Numbered from the stretch's first letter, positions 47,290 through 57,654 are shown. The stretch is 64,000 bases of DNA from Anaerolineaceae bacterium (GCA_034435955.1 DAOTWA010000027.1:16325-80324), one strand, 5' to 3'. The notes: generated from the letters alone by a model not told the origin. Made by a program: numbers and translations.

Positions 47290-48843
47290 CTAATCGGATT
47301 TTGATCCCTGGCCAGATGGTGTGGCTGCGTTATCCCACGGGGGAATGTCATGCACTAGCCAACTGCGCCCATCCTGGGCGACCAAAATTACAGCGTCCTG
47401 CGGTCCCCAGCTTCCGGCGGTGTAATTAGGGAATGTGGCTGGGCTTTCCGTTTCCCAGGCATGGAGTATCGGTTCAAGAAGCGTCCAGGCCATCTCCACC
47501 TGGTCCGCCCTCATGAAGTTCGTGGCATCGCCCAGCATGACGTCGAGCAGAAGTGTTTCGTAAGCTTCTGGAGGCCTGGTCTTGAAAGCTTCTGCATACT
47601 GGAAGCTCATATCGACCGTACTGATGTGCATGCTCAGTCCAGGCTGTTTGGCCTGAAAGCGCAAGACGATGCCCTCTTCCGGTTGTATGTGAATGATGAT
47701 CCGGTTGGGCTGCCAGTTTTCGCTTGCCGAGCTTGGGAAAGATTGATGCGGCACGGGACGAAACTGAATGATCACTTGCGAGGTGTGAACCGGCATGCGC
47801 TTGCCGGTGCGCAGGTAAAAAGGCACATCCTGCCAGCGCCAGTTGTCCACGAACAGCTTGAGCGCGGCAAAAGTTTCTGCGGTTGAATCGGGACTTATTC
47901 CCGGTTCGTCCCGATAGGCAATGACATGCTGGCCTTCGATCCAGCCTGCTCCATACTGGCCGCGCACGGCGAATTTGTGGACTTCGTCCTCCGGAATCCG
48001 GCGGATGGCGCTCAAAACATCCATTTTTTTATTGCGAATCTCATCGGCTTCGAAAGAAACCGGTGGTTCCATGGCCACCAGACACAGAATTTGAAGTAGA
48101 TGGTTCTGCACCATGTCCCGCAACGCACCGGCGTGATCGTAATAGGAACCACGGTGTTCTACTCCGATTTGTTCGGCCACCGTGATCTGTACATGATCAA
48201 TATATCGCCTATCCCAAATCGGTTCGAATAATGCGTTAGCGAAACGGAAAGCCAGGATATTCTGAACGGTTTCTTTTCCCAAGTAGTGATCGATGCGGTA
48301 AATTTGGGACTCATCGAAAACGCTCCTGAGCTTTTGGTTGAGCGCGCGCGCTGATTCCAGATCTCGCCCAAAGGGTTTTTCCACCACGATCCGTGCCCGC
48401 TTCCGATCGCGGGACAGATGAGCCCTGCCGAGTTGTTCCGTGATGGGCTCCATCAATTGGGGCGGCGTAGCCAGGTAATAAATACGGTGGCAGCTTACCC
48501 CCAATCGTTGGTCATTCTTCTCCAGCGCGCCGCTTAAATTCTGGTAAATATCCGCGGTGGTAAAATCGCCAAAGATAAGGGTCCAGACGTGGGTAAATTC
48601 CTCCCAGTCATTTGCATCCACCCGCCCATGGCGCGAGAACTGTTCTACCCCTTCCCGCAGGTGGTTGAAGTACTCATTGCGGTCGACTTCTTTTGCATCC
48701 AATCCAATGATGTTGAAGTGGTCAGGCAAAAATTTCTCGAGGTATAAATCATAAATGGCGGGCACCAGTTTCCGCCAGGTCAGATCGCCCGCGGCGCCAA
48801 AAATTGTCAGAGTGCACGGCTCCGGTCGCAATTCAGCGTTCAT
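47290..48843 (-). CDS. zwf: glucose-6-phosphate 1-dehydrogenase
   Basis: IFGAAGDLTWRKL (NADP site) and RIDHYLGKE (active-site motif). Start moved to ATG 48843 (MNAELRPEPCTLTIFG), 10 nt after the gnd stop. Confidence 0.93.
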   Translation of the reverse strand: MNAELRPEPCTLTIFGAAGDLTWRKLVPAIYDLYLEKFLPDHFNIIGLDAKEVDRNEYFNHLREGVEQFSRHGRVDANDWEEFTHVWTLIFGDFTTADIYQNLSGALEKNDQRLGVSCHRIYYLATPPQLMEPITEQLGRAHLSRDRKRARIVVEKPFGRDLESARALNQKLRSVFDESQIYRIDHYLGKETVQNILAFRFANALFEPIWDRRYIDHVQITVAEQIGVEHRGSYYDHAGALRDMVQNHLLQILCLVAMEPPVSFEADEIRNKKMDVLSAIRRIPEDEVHKFAVRGQYGAGWIEGQHVIAYRDEPGISPDSTAETFAALKLFVDNWRWQDVPFYLRTGKRMPVHTSQVIIQFRPVPHQSFPSSASENWQPNRIIIHIQPEEGIVLRFQAKQPGLSMHISTVDMSFQYAEAFKTRPPEAYETLLLDVMLGDATNFMRADQVEMAWTLLEPILHAWETESPATFPNYTAGSWGPQDAVILVAQDGRSWLVHDIPPWDNAATPSGQGSKSD

Positions 48844-48853
48844 TTTTCTTCCC

Positions 48854-50266
48854 TTACCCTTTTTCCCATACCGTATGGAAGATGCCCTTTTCATCGGTGC
48901 GCTCGTACGTGTGGGCGCCAAAATAGTCGCGTTGTGCCTGGATGAGATTGGCCGGTAACCAGGCACTGCGGTATCCATCGAAATAAGCTAATGAAGCTGC
49001 AAGGGCAGGCGCAGGCACACCGGTGAAAGCCGCTTCTTGCACAACCAGGCGCAGGTCTTTAACTCGCTCTTTCAATCGGGCGCTCAATTCTGGATCGAGC
49101 AGCAGATTGGCCAGATCGGAGTTGGTTCGATAGGCGGCGCGTAAATCCTCAAGCACGGCTGCACGGATGATACAGCCTCCCCGCCAGATGCGGGCGATCT
49201 CTTCCAGATCGAGATGATACGCATATGTCTGGGAGGCAGTGCGCAACAGGGCCATACCCTGGGCGTAAGTGATCAATGCAGCAGAATAATAGGCATTACG
49301 CAGGCGGGGCAGGAAGGTATCGCGACCTTCGCGGACTCGCCCGATTTTATTTTCATAGATCTTACTGACGGCCCCCCTCACTTCTTTGAAGGCGGATAAG
49401 TCGCGCATGGCTACGGCCGCATCGATGGTCGGTACGGGTATCTGCAAGTCCATGGCGGATTGGGAAGTCCATTTACCTGTGCCTTTTTGTTTGGCTTCGT
49501 CAAGGATGACATTGATTAGTTTGCGGCCTGTTTTTTGATCTACCTCGGCGAAGATGTGAGCGGTGATTTCGAGCAGGTAGCTATTCGTATCGCCTGCTGC
49601 CCATTGCGTATAGATGGTTTCCAGATCCTCATCGGTCAAACCCATGCCGCGTTTCATCAGGTCATATGTCTCGGCGATGATCTCCATCAACCCATATTCG
49701 ATCCCGTTATGCACCATCTTTACGTAATGGCCAGCCGATCCAGGCCCCAGATAAGCGACGCACGGCTCGTCTCCAACCTTGGCGGCCACCGCCTCGAAGA
49801 TCGGCCGCACCCGTTCATAAGCGTCCTTCGGACCTCCCGGCATAAGGCTTGGGCCATGGCGCGCGCCAGACTCTCCGCCGGAAATTCCCACCCCAAGATA
49901 ACGGATGCCCCTACTTTCCAATGTTTGGGCGCGTAAATCGGTATCTTTGAAGAATGAATTGCCGCCGTCGATAATCAGGTCGCCGGGATGCAGATAAGGC
50001 AACAGTTCGTGGATCACGGCATCGACTGGCGCGCCAGCCGGCACCAGCATCATTACCACCCGGGGGGAGATTAATGCGCTGATGAAGTCCTCCAGATTCT
50101 CCGACGGCGTCACTTTAAGGCCGCGAGCTTCATAACCGAGCTGTTTCACTTTCTCGAGGTCGCGATCGTATCCGGCTATGGCGAACCCGTGCTCGGCCAT
50201 GTTCAATACGAGATTGCGCCCCATGACTCCCAGTCCCACCATGCCCAGATCGCAGATCGGTTCCAT
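48854..50266 (-). CDS. gnd: 6-phosphogluconate dehydrogenase, decarboxylating
   Basis: MVGLGVMGRNLVLN Rossmann motif. 470 aa, typical Gnd length, with GNSFFKDT, GISGGESGAR and AHTYER motifs. Confidence 0.93.
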   Translation of the reverse strand: MEPICDLGMVGLGVMGRNLVLNMAEHGFAIAGYDRDLEKVKQLGYEARGLKVTPSENLEDFISALISPRVVMMLVPAGAPVDAVIHELLPYLHPGDLIIDGGNSFFKDTDLRAQTLESRGIRYLGVGISGGESGARHGPSLMPGGPKDAYERVRPIFEAVAAKVGDEPCVAYLGPGSAGHYVKMVHNGIEYGLMEIIAETYDLMKRGMGLTDEDLETIYTQWAAGDTNSYLLEITAHIFAEVDQKTGRKLINVILDEAKQKGTGKWTSQSAMDLQIPVPTIDAAVAMRDLSAFKEVRGAVSKIYENKIGRVREGRDTFLPRLRNAYYSAALITYAQGMALLRTASQTYAYHLDLEEIARIWRGGCIIRAAVLEDLRAAYRTNSDLANLLLDPELSARLKERVKDLRLVVQEAAFTGVPAPALAASLAYFDGYRSAWLPANLIQAQRDYFGAHTYERTDEKGIFHTVWEKG

Positions 50267-50350
50267 AAATTCATCCTTTCTCCTTGTAAATAATTCTTAC
50301 GATGATAAGTCTATTCATTTCGGCCCTTGCCGAGCGTTCTAAAGGATTGT

Positions 50351-50968
50351 TTAAACTACCAAGCCGATACGCGCCAGTTCTTTTGCGGTTTGCTCCAACG
50401 AGGTGTGATGGATACTGCGAATGCCCAATCCTCTGGCGACCTCTGCGAACAGCGCACGATCGTCCAGGTAGACCACCTCTTCAGGATCAGATTGGGCTGT
50501 ATCCAGCGCGATTCGGTAGATGTCGGCATCCGGTTTGCGGAAGTGGACGAAGCTGGAAGCGATGAAGAAGTCCACAAATTCTTTGAGAGCGAATTTCTGA
50601 ATGCGATAGATGGTCAATTCACGCCCCTCGTTGCTCACCGCTGCAACTCTCAAATGATAATTTTCTTTCAATCGCTTTACATAATCGATCATATCAGCAA
50701 AGGGTTGTGATTGGGCGAACATGAAGGCTTTGAAATCTTCTATTGTGAAGGTGCGTGGTGTGTAGAATACAACTCGACGCAGATATTCCTCCAGGCTGAG
50801 TTTACCCTCTTCGTAGGTATCGAATGTGAGGTGATGGCGCTCATCCATCTCTTCGTGATCGAGACCGAACTGGCGGGCGGCTCTCCTCCGCGCGCCGCGG
50901 TCCCAACCGTTGGTCAGCAGCACCCCGCCGACATCCAAGAATAGTGTTGTAATGGGTATTCCTGGCAA
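50351..50968 (-). CDS. HAD-superfamily phosphatase, YihX-like (subfamily IA)
   Basis: Motif I LFLDVGGVLL (D-x-G as in YihX), motif II AVSNEG, motif III RKPDADIY, motif IV YLDDRA. There is no in-frame ATG after the tal-pgi stop, so the start is tentatively TTG 50968. Confidence 0.65.
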   Translation of the reverse strand: MPGIPITTLFLDVGGVLLTNGWDRGARRRAARQFGLDHEEMDERHHLTFDTYEEGKLSLEEYLRRVVFYTPRTFTIEDFKAFMFAQSQPFADMIDYVKRLKENYHLRVAAVSNEGRELTIYRIQKFALKEFVDFFIASSFVHFRKPDADIYRIALDTAQSDPEEVVYLDDRALFAEVARGLGIRSIHHTSLEQTAKELARIGLVV

Positions 50969-50993
50969 TGTTCGCCTGCCGCTTGATTGATAC

Positions 50994-53843
50994 TCACCCG
51001 ACTCTCGATCCCTCGAGGGCGCCTTCCAGGGTTTCTTTGAGCTGTTGCAAGCCGGCTTGAGGGTCTTTCCCCAGGTGAATGCGTAGCACCCGCCGCTCGT
51101 GACGTTGCAAAGCCAGCATGTCCCCGAGCGCCTGGGCGCGAATGAAGGTGCCAAATGTGTAGGGCTCACCCGGCAGAGGCACGTCCTCGGCCGGGTCGTA
51201 AGTCAATTGGAGGAATACGCCCTTGTTTGGTCCACCTTTATGGTACTGTCCGGTGGAGTGCAGGAAGCGCGGTCCGTATCCCAGTGTGGTAGCGCAATGC
51301 AGCCGATCACGGATGGCCAGACGCAATTCCCCCAGCAGGCGGTTACTGCTCTCGTCCTCTGGCAGGTATGCCTGGAGAGCCACGTAATCCCCACGGGCCA
51401 TGCTGTCGAACAGGCCGGCCAGGCTTTCGCGCAGGTTTCTTGCCAGCGGTTGGCCGTAAACGGAAATGGCTCCTTCCCTCAATCCGGGTTCACCCTCCTT
51501 GAGATGACCATCGGATTGGCGCGCTTCGGCTAAAATCCGATTGGTGTTGTCTTTGCTTTCCTGAACGTTGGGCTGGTCGAAAGCGTTGATGCCCAGCACC
51601 GCGCCGGCTAATGCCGTAGCGAACTCCCAGCGGAAGAACTCCTGGCCGATATCCAGCAAGTCGCCCATCTGAACGGTGATCGTTGGGTAACCAGCATGGT
51701 TCAGACGTTGGGCAGCACGCTCCAATTCCCCGTCGATGCGTGATTTGAGCTGCAAAAGAACGAAAGTGCGGTCTTCCCCGTACACTTCCGGACTACCCGC
51801 CTCTTCGCCAGCTACTGGCAGGATGCCTTTGCCTTCCTTACCGGTGCTCTCTGCCAGGAGCTGTTCAAGCCATAAGGCGAAGGGCGCTATGGCGTGCGGC
51901 GCCAGAAAAGTCAGCTTGTCGTGGCCGCGCAAGGCGAGCTCACCGATGGCCGCACCCAGGGTCAGGCCAGGATTCATCTCTGCCGGCACAGAAGAGGCGC
52001 ATGCATGGATTACCCGCTGGGCGCGTGACAGTATCTCGCCCACGTCAACTCCCACCAGCGCGGCGGGCAGCAACCCGAAGTATGACAGCGCCGAGTAGCG
52101 CCCACCGATGTCGGCGAAATTTAGAAAGATTCGGCGAAAACCGCGTTTACGGGAGCTTTCCACCAACGGTGTATCCGGGTCGGTCACGGTGACGAAATTT
52201 TCGCCGGCCCGTTCGCCCTTCAGTTTATATAGCTTGTCATAAAAATAGTCCGCAAAGGCTTCTGGCTCGGCGGTGGTGCCCGACTTGCTGGCCACGATGA
52301 ACAGTGTCTTTTCAAGCGGGAGGCGTCGTTCTATTCTAAGGATGGTAGTTGGGTCGGTCGTATCCAGGATCGTGAGCGGCAGACCGTCTCTCCCAACCGG
52401 GAAGATACGTTCGAAAACCATTGGCGCCAGGCTGGAGCCGCCCATGCCCATATGCACCACATGGCGGAAACCTGCCGCCCGCACCGATGCCGCGAAGTTG
52501 AGCAAATCGGGCAGATTTTCTTCCATTTTGTCGGCGACGTGAAGCCAGCCCAGCGCGTTGGCGATGACTTTTTGGTCCTTTTCCTCCGTTTTCCACAAAC
52601 TGGCATCTTTGCGCCAGATGCGCGCCGCCGCATCTGCCCTTTTCAGACTTTCAAGCCGCTGTGTAATGGCTTGCGAATAGGAACCGGTTGAAATTTCTTG
52701 CCGGTCGACCTGTTCCTTTGCGGCCTCCCGAGACTCCTTTTCCAGAGTATCCATCAGGCGTTCGTAGGCCTGGATGAATTTTTGTACGCCCTCATCTTCG
52801 AGCTGCTGGGTGGCCTGGTCTATGTCGAGGTGGACTGCTTTCAAACTCTCCAAGACCCATTTGGCGTGGTCCACGTCCTGTTCGAGCCGTGGAGCCGGCT
52901 GTCCGTGGTCGCGATAAGCATTGATCGTCTCAAGCGGCAGGGTATTGATCGTATCCGGGCCGATCAGCGCTTCGACGTATTTGACGTCGCTGTAATTTGG
53001 ATTCTTTGTGCTGGTGCTGGCCCATAGCAGCTTCTGGGGCTTTGCGGCGCGTTCGGCCAGCCTCTGGAAGCGCTCACTCCTCAAGGATTCCTTATAGATC
53101 TGGTAAGCCAGCCTTGCGCTGGCGATGGCTGCTTCACCCTTCAAACGCGCGGCCAGTTCGGCTTCAGTCCCTTCACCCCGCAGCATGTTTTCCAACGCAG
53201 CATCCAGCAGCACATCGATGCGGCTGAGGAAGAAGCTAGCCACTGAGGTGATCGTATCGACTGGTTTTCCTTCTTTGATCCTTTCTTCTAAGCCGGACAG
53301 GTAAGCATCCAGCACATCTCTGTAGCGGGGAAGGCCGAAAAGCAAGGTGACATTGACGTTAATGCCTTCGCTGATGAGCTGACGAATGGCGTGGATGCCC
53401 TCTTTGGTAGCAGGAACCTTGATCAGCGCATTCGGGCGGTTGAGCGCCTTCCAGTAGCGCTTTGCCTCAGCCACGGTTCTGCTGGCATCGTGAGCCAGGA
53501 AGGGGGACACTTCCAAACTGACGAACCCATCCCGGCCACTCGTCTGGTCAAATATTGGACGGAGGATATCAGCCGCCGTCTGCAAGTCTTCGATCATCAG
53601 GGCGTCGTAGATTTCAGCGGCCCTTTTTCCCTTTATCGTCAGGCTGCGCACGGCCTCGTCGTAATCATGGCTGCCAGCGATGGCTTTCTCGAAAATCGAT
53701 GGGTTCGAGGTAACTCCGCTGATCCCATCTTGTTCGACGAATGTCTGAAATTCGCCGGAGGTGAACATGCTCCTGCGGATGAAATCCAGCCAGATACTCT
53801 GGCCATAACTTTCCAATTTACGCAGCGGATTTTCCTTACCCAT
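50994..53843 (-). CDS. bifunctional transaldolase / glucose-6-phosphate isomerase fusion
   Basis: The N-terminal half has QSIWLDFIRR, GVTSNPSIFEKAI and LIKVPATKEG (Schiff-base Lys). The C-terminal half has HMGMGGSSLAP and VASKSGTTAEP (PGI motifs). Start moved to ATG 53843 (MGKENPL) with GGAGG upstream. Confidence 0.9.
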   Translation of the reverse strand: MGKENPLRKLESYGQSIWLDFIRRSMFTSGEFQTFVEQDGISGVTSNPSIFEKAIAGSHDYDEAVRSLTIKGKRAAEIYDALMIEDLQTAADILRPIFDQTSGRDGFVSLEVSPFLAHDASRTVAEAKRYWKALNRPNALIKVPATKEGIHAIRQLISEGINVNVTLLFGLPRYRDVLDAYLSGLEERIKEGKPVDTITSVASFFLSRIDVLLDAALENMLRGEGTEAELAARLKGEAAIASARLAYQIYKESLRSERFQRLAERAAKPQKLLWASTSTKNPNYSDVKYVEALIGPDTINTLPLETINAYRDHGQPAPRLEQDVDHAKWVLESLKAVHLDIDQATQQLEDEGVQKFIQAYERLMDTLEKESREAAKEQVDRQEISTGSYSQAITQRLESLKRADAAARIWRKDASLWKTEEKDQKVIANALGWLHVADKMEENLPDLLNFAASVRAAGFRHVVHMGMGGSSLAPMVFERIFPVGRDGLPLTILDTTDPTTILRIERRLPLEKTLFIVASKSGTTAEPEAFADYFYDKLYKLKGERAGENFVTVTDPDTPLVESSRKRGFRRIFLNFADIGGRYSALSYFGLLPAALVGVDVGEILSRAQRVIHACASSVPAEMNPGLTLGAAIGELALRGHDKLTFLAPHAIAPFALWLEQLLAESTGKEGKGILPVAGEEAGSPEVYGEDRTFVLLQLKSRIDGELERAAQRLNHAGYPTITVQMGDLLDIGQEFFRWEFATALAGAVLGINAFDQPNVQESKDNTNRILAEARQSDGHLKEGEPGLREGAISVYGQPLARNLRESLAGLFDSMARGDYVALQAYLPEDESSNRLLGELRLAIRDRLHCATTLGYGPRFLHSTGQYHKGGPNKGVFLQLTYDPAEDVPLPGEPYTFGTFIRAQALGDMLALQRHERRVLRIHLGKDPQAGLQQLKETLEGALEGSRVG

Positions 53844-53884
53844 AACAACCTCCGCGGGCTTGTCGTTGGGACGATAAGGGCGTC

Positions 53885-55987
53885 TCAATGAGAGCCCGAT
53901 TGACTGACAGATCGGCTTTTTAATAAATTGAGCGAACGGTTAACCACATTCTCCACGCTGAATCCGTATTCTTTCATCACCACTTCCCCCGGCGCGGAAG
54001 CCCCGAAGCGTTCTATGCCGATGATCTCCAATCCTTGGCCAATGTACGGCTTCCAGCCCAGCGTAGAGCCCGCTTCGATGGCCAGCACCGGCACGTTTTG
54101 GGGAAACAGGCTTTGTTTGTATTCCGCGGGTTGCTCACTAAACAGATTCCAGCTCGGCATGCTGATTACCCGCGCCTGGATTCCCTGGCGAGCGAGTTGT
54201 TCTCTGGCCTCAAGCGCCAGGTATACCTCCGATCCGCTGGCCGCCAGGATTAGATCCATCCGGCTTCCTTGCGGATCGGCCAGCACGTATGCCCCCCGCG
54301 CCACACCCTGCCTGATCTGCGGGTAGAGCTTCAAATCAAGCACCGGCAGAGCCTGTCGGGTGAGCGCCAGCGCGACTGGACGGTCTTGGATGCGCACCGC
54401 CAACCGCCAGGCTTCGGCGGTTTCGTTTGCGTCGGCGGGGCGGAACACCACCATGCGCGGGATTGCCCGCAATCCCACCAGTTGCTCAACCGGCTGATGG
54501 GTGGGTCCATCCTCGCCCAAAGCGATGCTATCGTGGGTAAGGATATAAATCACGTGCAGGTTAGACAGGGCTGCCAGTCGCATCGCCGGGCGCATGTAAT
54601 CAGTGAAGATCAGGAAGGTTGCGGCATAAGGCAGCAGTCCGCCGTGTGCGGCGATTCCGTTTGCAATCGCGCCCATAGCGTGTTCGCGCACGCCAAAGTG
54701 GATATTTCTTCCGGCATAGCTCCACTCCCCACCGACCGATCCCTGGCGGTCAGTCGGGGTAACCTCCGGGCTCTCGAGGTCGCCATAGCCGATCAGCGCG
54801 GTGTGCGTGGATGGATCCAGGTCGCCCGAGCCGCCGATCAATCCGGGCAGCCGTTTGGCGACCGCCTGCATCACTGCGCCGGAGGCAACGCGGGTGGCCA
54901 ACGGTTTATCAGGGGGGAAGGAAGGGATATCAACGTCCCAATCTTCTGGCAGTTTGCCGTTCATGAGCTGTTCGAGCTCAGCAGCTAACTCAGGATACGC
55001 CTGACGGTACGCTGCGAAGCGCTGATTCCAGCGCTCCTCTGCTTCCCGGCCTTGGCGTATCGCCCGGCGGAATACTGCCAGCACCTGCTCAGGTACGTAA
55101 AACGGGGGTTCGAGCAGCCAGCCCAGATTCTCCTTGGTGAGTTTGACTTCCTCCGCGCCTAGAGGAGACCCGTGAGCCTCGAATGTGTCCTGTTTATGCG
55201 GTGAGCCGTAACCTAAATGGGTGCGCACCGAAATCAGCGAAGGACGATCTTTGACTGCCTGAGCTGCACGCAGAGCCTGTTCGATCGCCGGAAGATCGTT
55301 GCCATCTTCTACCGTCTGAGTATGCCAGCCGTAGGCTTCGAAACGACGATTACGGTCCTCCGAGAAAGTAAGGTCCGTGGCTGCTGATAACGAGACCCGG
55401 TTATCGTCATAGAGGTAGATCAGTTTACCCAGTCGCAAATGCCCGGCGAGCGATGCCGCTTCTGCAGCAACGCCTTCCATCAAATCACCGTCGCTGACGA
55501 TGGCATAGGTATAGTGGTCGATCACATTGAAATCGGGCCGGTTATAGCGCGCCGACAGATTGGCTTCCGCGATGGCGATACCCACGCCGTTGCCAAAGCC
55601 TTGCCCAAGCGGGCCGGTGGTGACTTCCACGCCTGCTGTGCGTTCCCGCTCGGGATGCCCGGGCGTCAGGCTCCCGTATTGACGGAAACGCTGGATATCT
55701 TCCAGGCTTAAATTGTAGCCGGTCAGGTAAAGCAGACTGTAGAGAAGCATGGAGCCGTGCCCCGCCGATAGAATAAAGCGGTCACGATTAAACCAGTTAG
55801 GGTTGGTTGGATTGTGTTTGAGAAAACGCGTCCATAGCACGTAGGCCATGGATGCCGCGCCCATGGGCAGGCCCGGATGGCCACTGTTGGCTTTTTGAAC
55901 GGCATCAATCGAGAGAAAGCGGATCGTATTGATCGCCAAAAGATCGATGTCATTGTTCGGCATGGCTGGCTTGGATTCAGCACTCAT
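53885..55987 (-). CDS. tkt: transketolase
   Basis: [21 protein letters not shown] and [16 protein letters not shown]. Start moved to ATG 55987 ([25 protein letters not shown]) with GAGGAAGG upstream. The 73-aa upstream extension in the track is unsupported. Confidence 0.93.
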   Translation of the reverse strand: MSAESKPAMPNNDIDLLAINTIRFLSIDAVQKANSGHPGLPMGAASMAYVLWTRFLKHNPTNPNWFNRDRFILSAGHGSMLLYSLLYLTGYNLSLEDIQRFRQYGSLTPGHPERERTAGVEVTTGPLGQGFGNGVGIAIAEANLSARYNRPDFNVIDHYTYAIVSDGDLMEGVAAEAASLAGHLRLGKLIYLYDDNRVSLSAATDLTFSEDRNRRFEAYGWHTQTVEDGNDLPAIEQALRAAQAVKDRPSLISVRTHLGYGSPHKQDTFEAHGSPLGAEEVKLTKENLGWLLEPPFYVPEQVLAVFRRAIRQGREAEERWNQRFAAYRQAYPELAAELEQLMNGKLPEDWDVDIPSFPPDKPLATRVASGAVMQAVAKRLPGLIGGSGDLDPSTHTALIGYGDLESPEVTPTDRQGSVGGEWSYAGRNIHFGVREHAMGAIANGIAAHGGLLPYAATFLIFTDYMRPAMRLAALSNLHVIYILTHDSIALGEDGPTHQPVEQLVGLRAIPRMVVFRPADANETAEAWRLAVRIQDRPVALALTRQALPVLDLKLYPQIRQGVARGAYVLADPQGSRMDLILAASGSEVYLALEAREQLARQGIQARVISMPSWNLFSEQPAEYKQSLFPQNVPVLAIEAGSTLGWKPYIGQGLEIIGIERFGASAPGEVVMKEYGFSVENVVNRSLNLLKSRSVSQSGSH

Positions 55988-56403
55988 TTCACCTTCCTCG
56001 ATGACCATTAAGAAAACCGCTTTATAAGGTTTACCCACTCCCCATGGAGGATAGCTCGGCAATCGTATTTTACTGTGTCTGGGTCTGGCGTTTAAAGCCC
56101 GGGGGTCGCATCTCGATTGGCATAATAATCTCCGGACCAGCCCTGCATGCCAGCCCGGAAGTAACTGCTCACCACTAAGTCGCTCTCCCGCAAAGAAGCT
56201 CAACACGGGGAAATCTCATTGCGGGCTGCCCGATATTGCAGGTCGGGCAAATGCACTCTACTGGTAACACAGTCCTGCGTGCAGGGAGGAGTCACACGCA
56301 GGTTTCGCGTGGTAACGCTCTTACACTATTCAGGATAACCTCAACTGTCTAATCTGACTTTATAACCATCTAATGGATTGCTTAAGATGACCTTAACCGC
56401 CGA

Positions 56404-57654
56404 TCACGACCTTCCGCTGCGCTCGCGCCGTGAGCGTGTGTAGGCATCCAGGGTTACAGCCAGAAGCAACACCGCTCCGGTGACCATGAAACGGATTGAG
56501 GAAGCCAGGGCCAGCAGGTCCATCCCGTTGGAAATGGCTCCGATGACCAGGGAGCCCAATAGCGCAGACCATGTGCTGCCTCGGCCGCCGAACAGGCTCG
56601 TCCCGCCGATCACCGCCGCCGCAATGGCGTCCAGCAGCACATCGCCGCTGCCCGAGGACTGGTTGACCGCGAAAAGGCGTGAAGCCGCCAGAATGCCCCC
56701 GCAGGCGGCCAGGGTTGCGCTGAGCACGAATACGATGATGCGAATTTGATCCACGTTAATGCCCGCTCTGCGCGCGGCTTCTGCGTTTCCTCCCACCGCA
56801 AAGACATACCTTCCAAAGCGAGTTCTACGTGTGATGAAATCGAATAACACGATGAATCCGATGAAGAACACCACTGCCAGGGGCACACCTTCGATGACGA
56901 TGGTGCGTCCTGGATTGCGGTTGACGTTCATCAGTCCGACGGCGCCTAGAACCAGCACCGCGATCAACAAGATCTGGGCGAGAATGACCGACAGCGGCTG
57001 CGCTTCGATGTTGCTGCGCACACGCTGTGCCCGGCCGCGCAGTGCGCCAAATGCGTAGATTGCAACGAAGGCAACCCCGATGATCCAGCCCACTGAGACC
57101 GGCAGGCGATAATTGGCAATACCAGCGATCAGCGGATCGTTCAGATTGATCGTTCCGGTGCTGCCAAGGACGTAAAGCAAGGCACCCTGCCAGCCCAGGA
57201 AGCCCGCCAGTGTCACTACGAAGGAGGGCACATGCAGCCTCGCGACCCAAAAACCTTGCAGCAGACCGATCAATACGCCCGAAAGAATTCCTCCCAGGAT
57301 GGCCAGCGGTGCTGGTATGCCCATTTTTACATTCAAAACCGCCATGATCGCCGCGCACAAACCGCTGACTTCACCAATCGACAGGTCGATCTCTGCGATC
57401 AGCAGCACCATGACTACTCCGACCGCGATCGTTCCTACTGCAGCGATCTGCACCATCAGATTGGTAAGGTTGAGCGGCGTCAGGAAATTGGGATTGGCAA
57501 TTTGAAAGACAACCGCAATGAGAATGAGACCCAGGACCACTGGCAGAGAGCCAATGTCTCCCTGCGCAACCCGCTCGAACAATTCGCCGGTTATCCGGCT
57601 AAAAGCATTTCGGGCTGGCTTCTGAGTTTTTACTTTTTCCATTTGTTCGTCCAT
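56404..57654 (-). CDS. sugar ABC transporter permease (CUT2 / RbsC-XylH-FrcC type)
   Basis: 416 aa, about 10-12 hydrophobic helices, BPD_transp_2-like composition. Lies in an operon with a PBP1-type binding protein and an ATPase. Confidence 0.8.
   Translation of the reverse strand: MDEQMEKVKTQKPARNAFSRITGELFERVAQGDIGSLPVVLGLILIAVVFQIANPNFLTPLNLTNLMVQIAAVGTIAVGVVMVLLIAEIDLSIGEVSGLCAAIMAVLNVKMGIPAPLAILGGILSGVLIGLLQGFWVARLHVPSFVVTLAGFLGWQGALLYVLGSTGTINLNDPLIAGIANYRLPVSVGWIIGVAFVAIYAFGALRGRAQRVRSNIEAQPLSVILAQILLIAVLVLGAVGLMNVNRNPGRTIVIEGVPLAVVFFIGFIVLFDFITRRTRFGRYVFAVGGNAEAARRAGINVDQIRIIVFVLSATLAACGGILAASRLFAVNQSSGSGDVLLDAIAAAVIGGTSLFGGRGSTWSALLGSLVIGAISNGMDLLALASSIRFMVTGAVLLLAVTLDAYTRSRRERSGRS

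Noticed and set aside
47057-47293. 78-aa plus-strand ORF (MILGNKFKGWSMAIHGSLDPEREAHEVF...), and the 75-aa ORF at 46823-47050, considered as real small genes.
   Set aside because: They have no ribosome-binding site and no recognisable motif. They are convergent into the zwf stop. The opposite strand carries the Uma2-like remnant, so I treat the region as decayed or non-coding.
55988-56206. N-terminal extensions suggested by the maximal ORFs: tkt to 56206, zwf to 48978, tal-pgi to 53888, ABC ATPase to 10982, lipoprotein to 30784, C-N hydrolase to 19232, EamA to 46807, helicase to 40842, nuclease to 38603.
   Set aside because: In each case an internal ATG begins the conserved family N-terminus. 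It is preceded by a GGAGG-like site and/or falls just after the upstream gene's stop. The extensions are basic or low-complexity and would overlap neighbouring genes.
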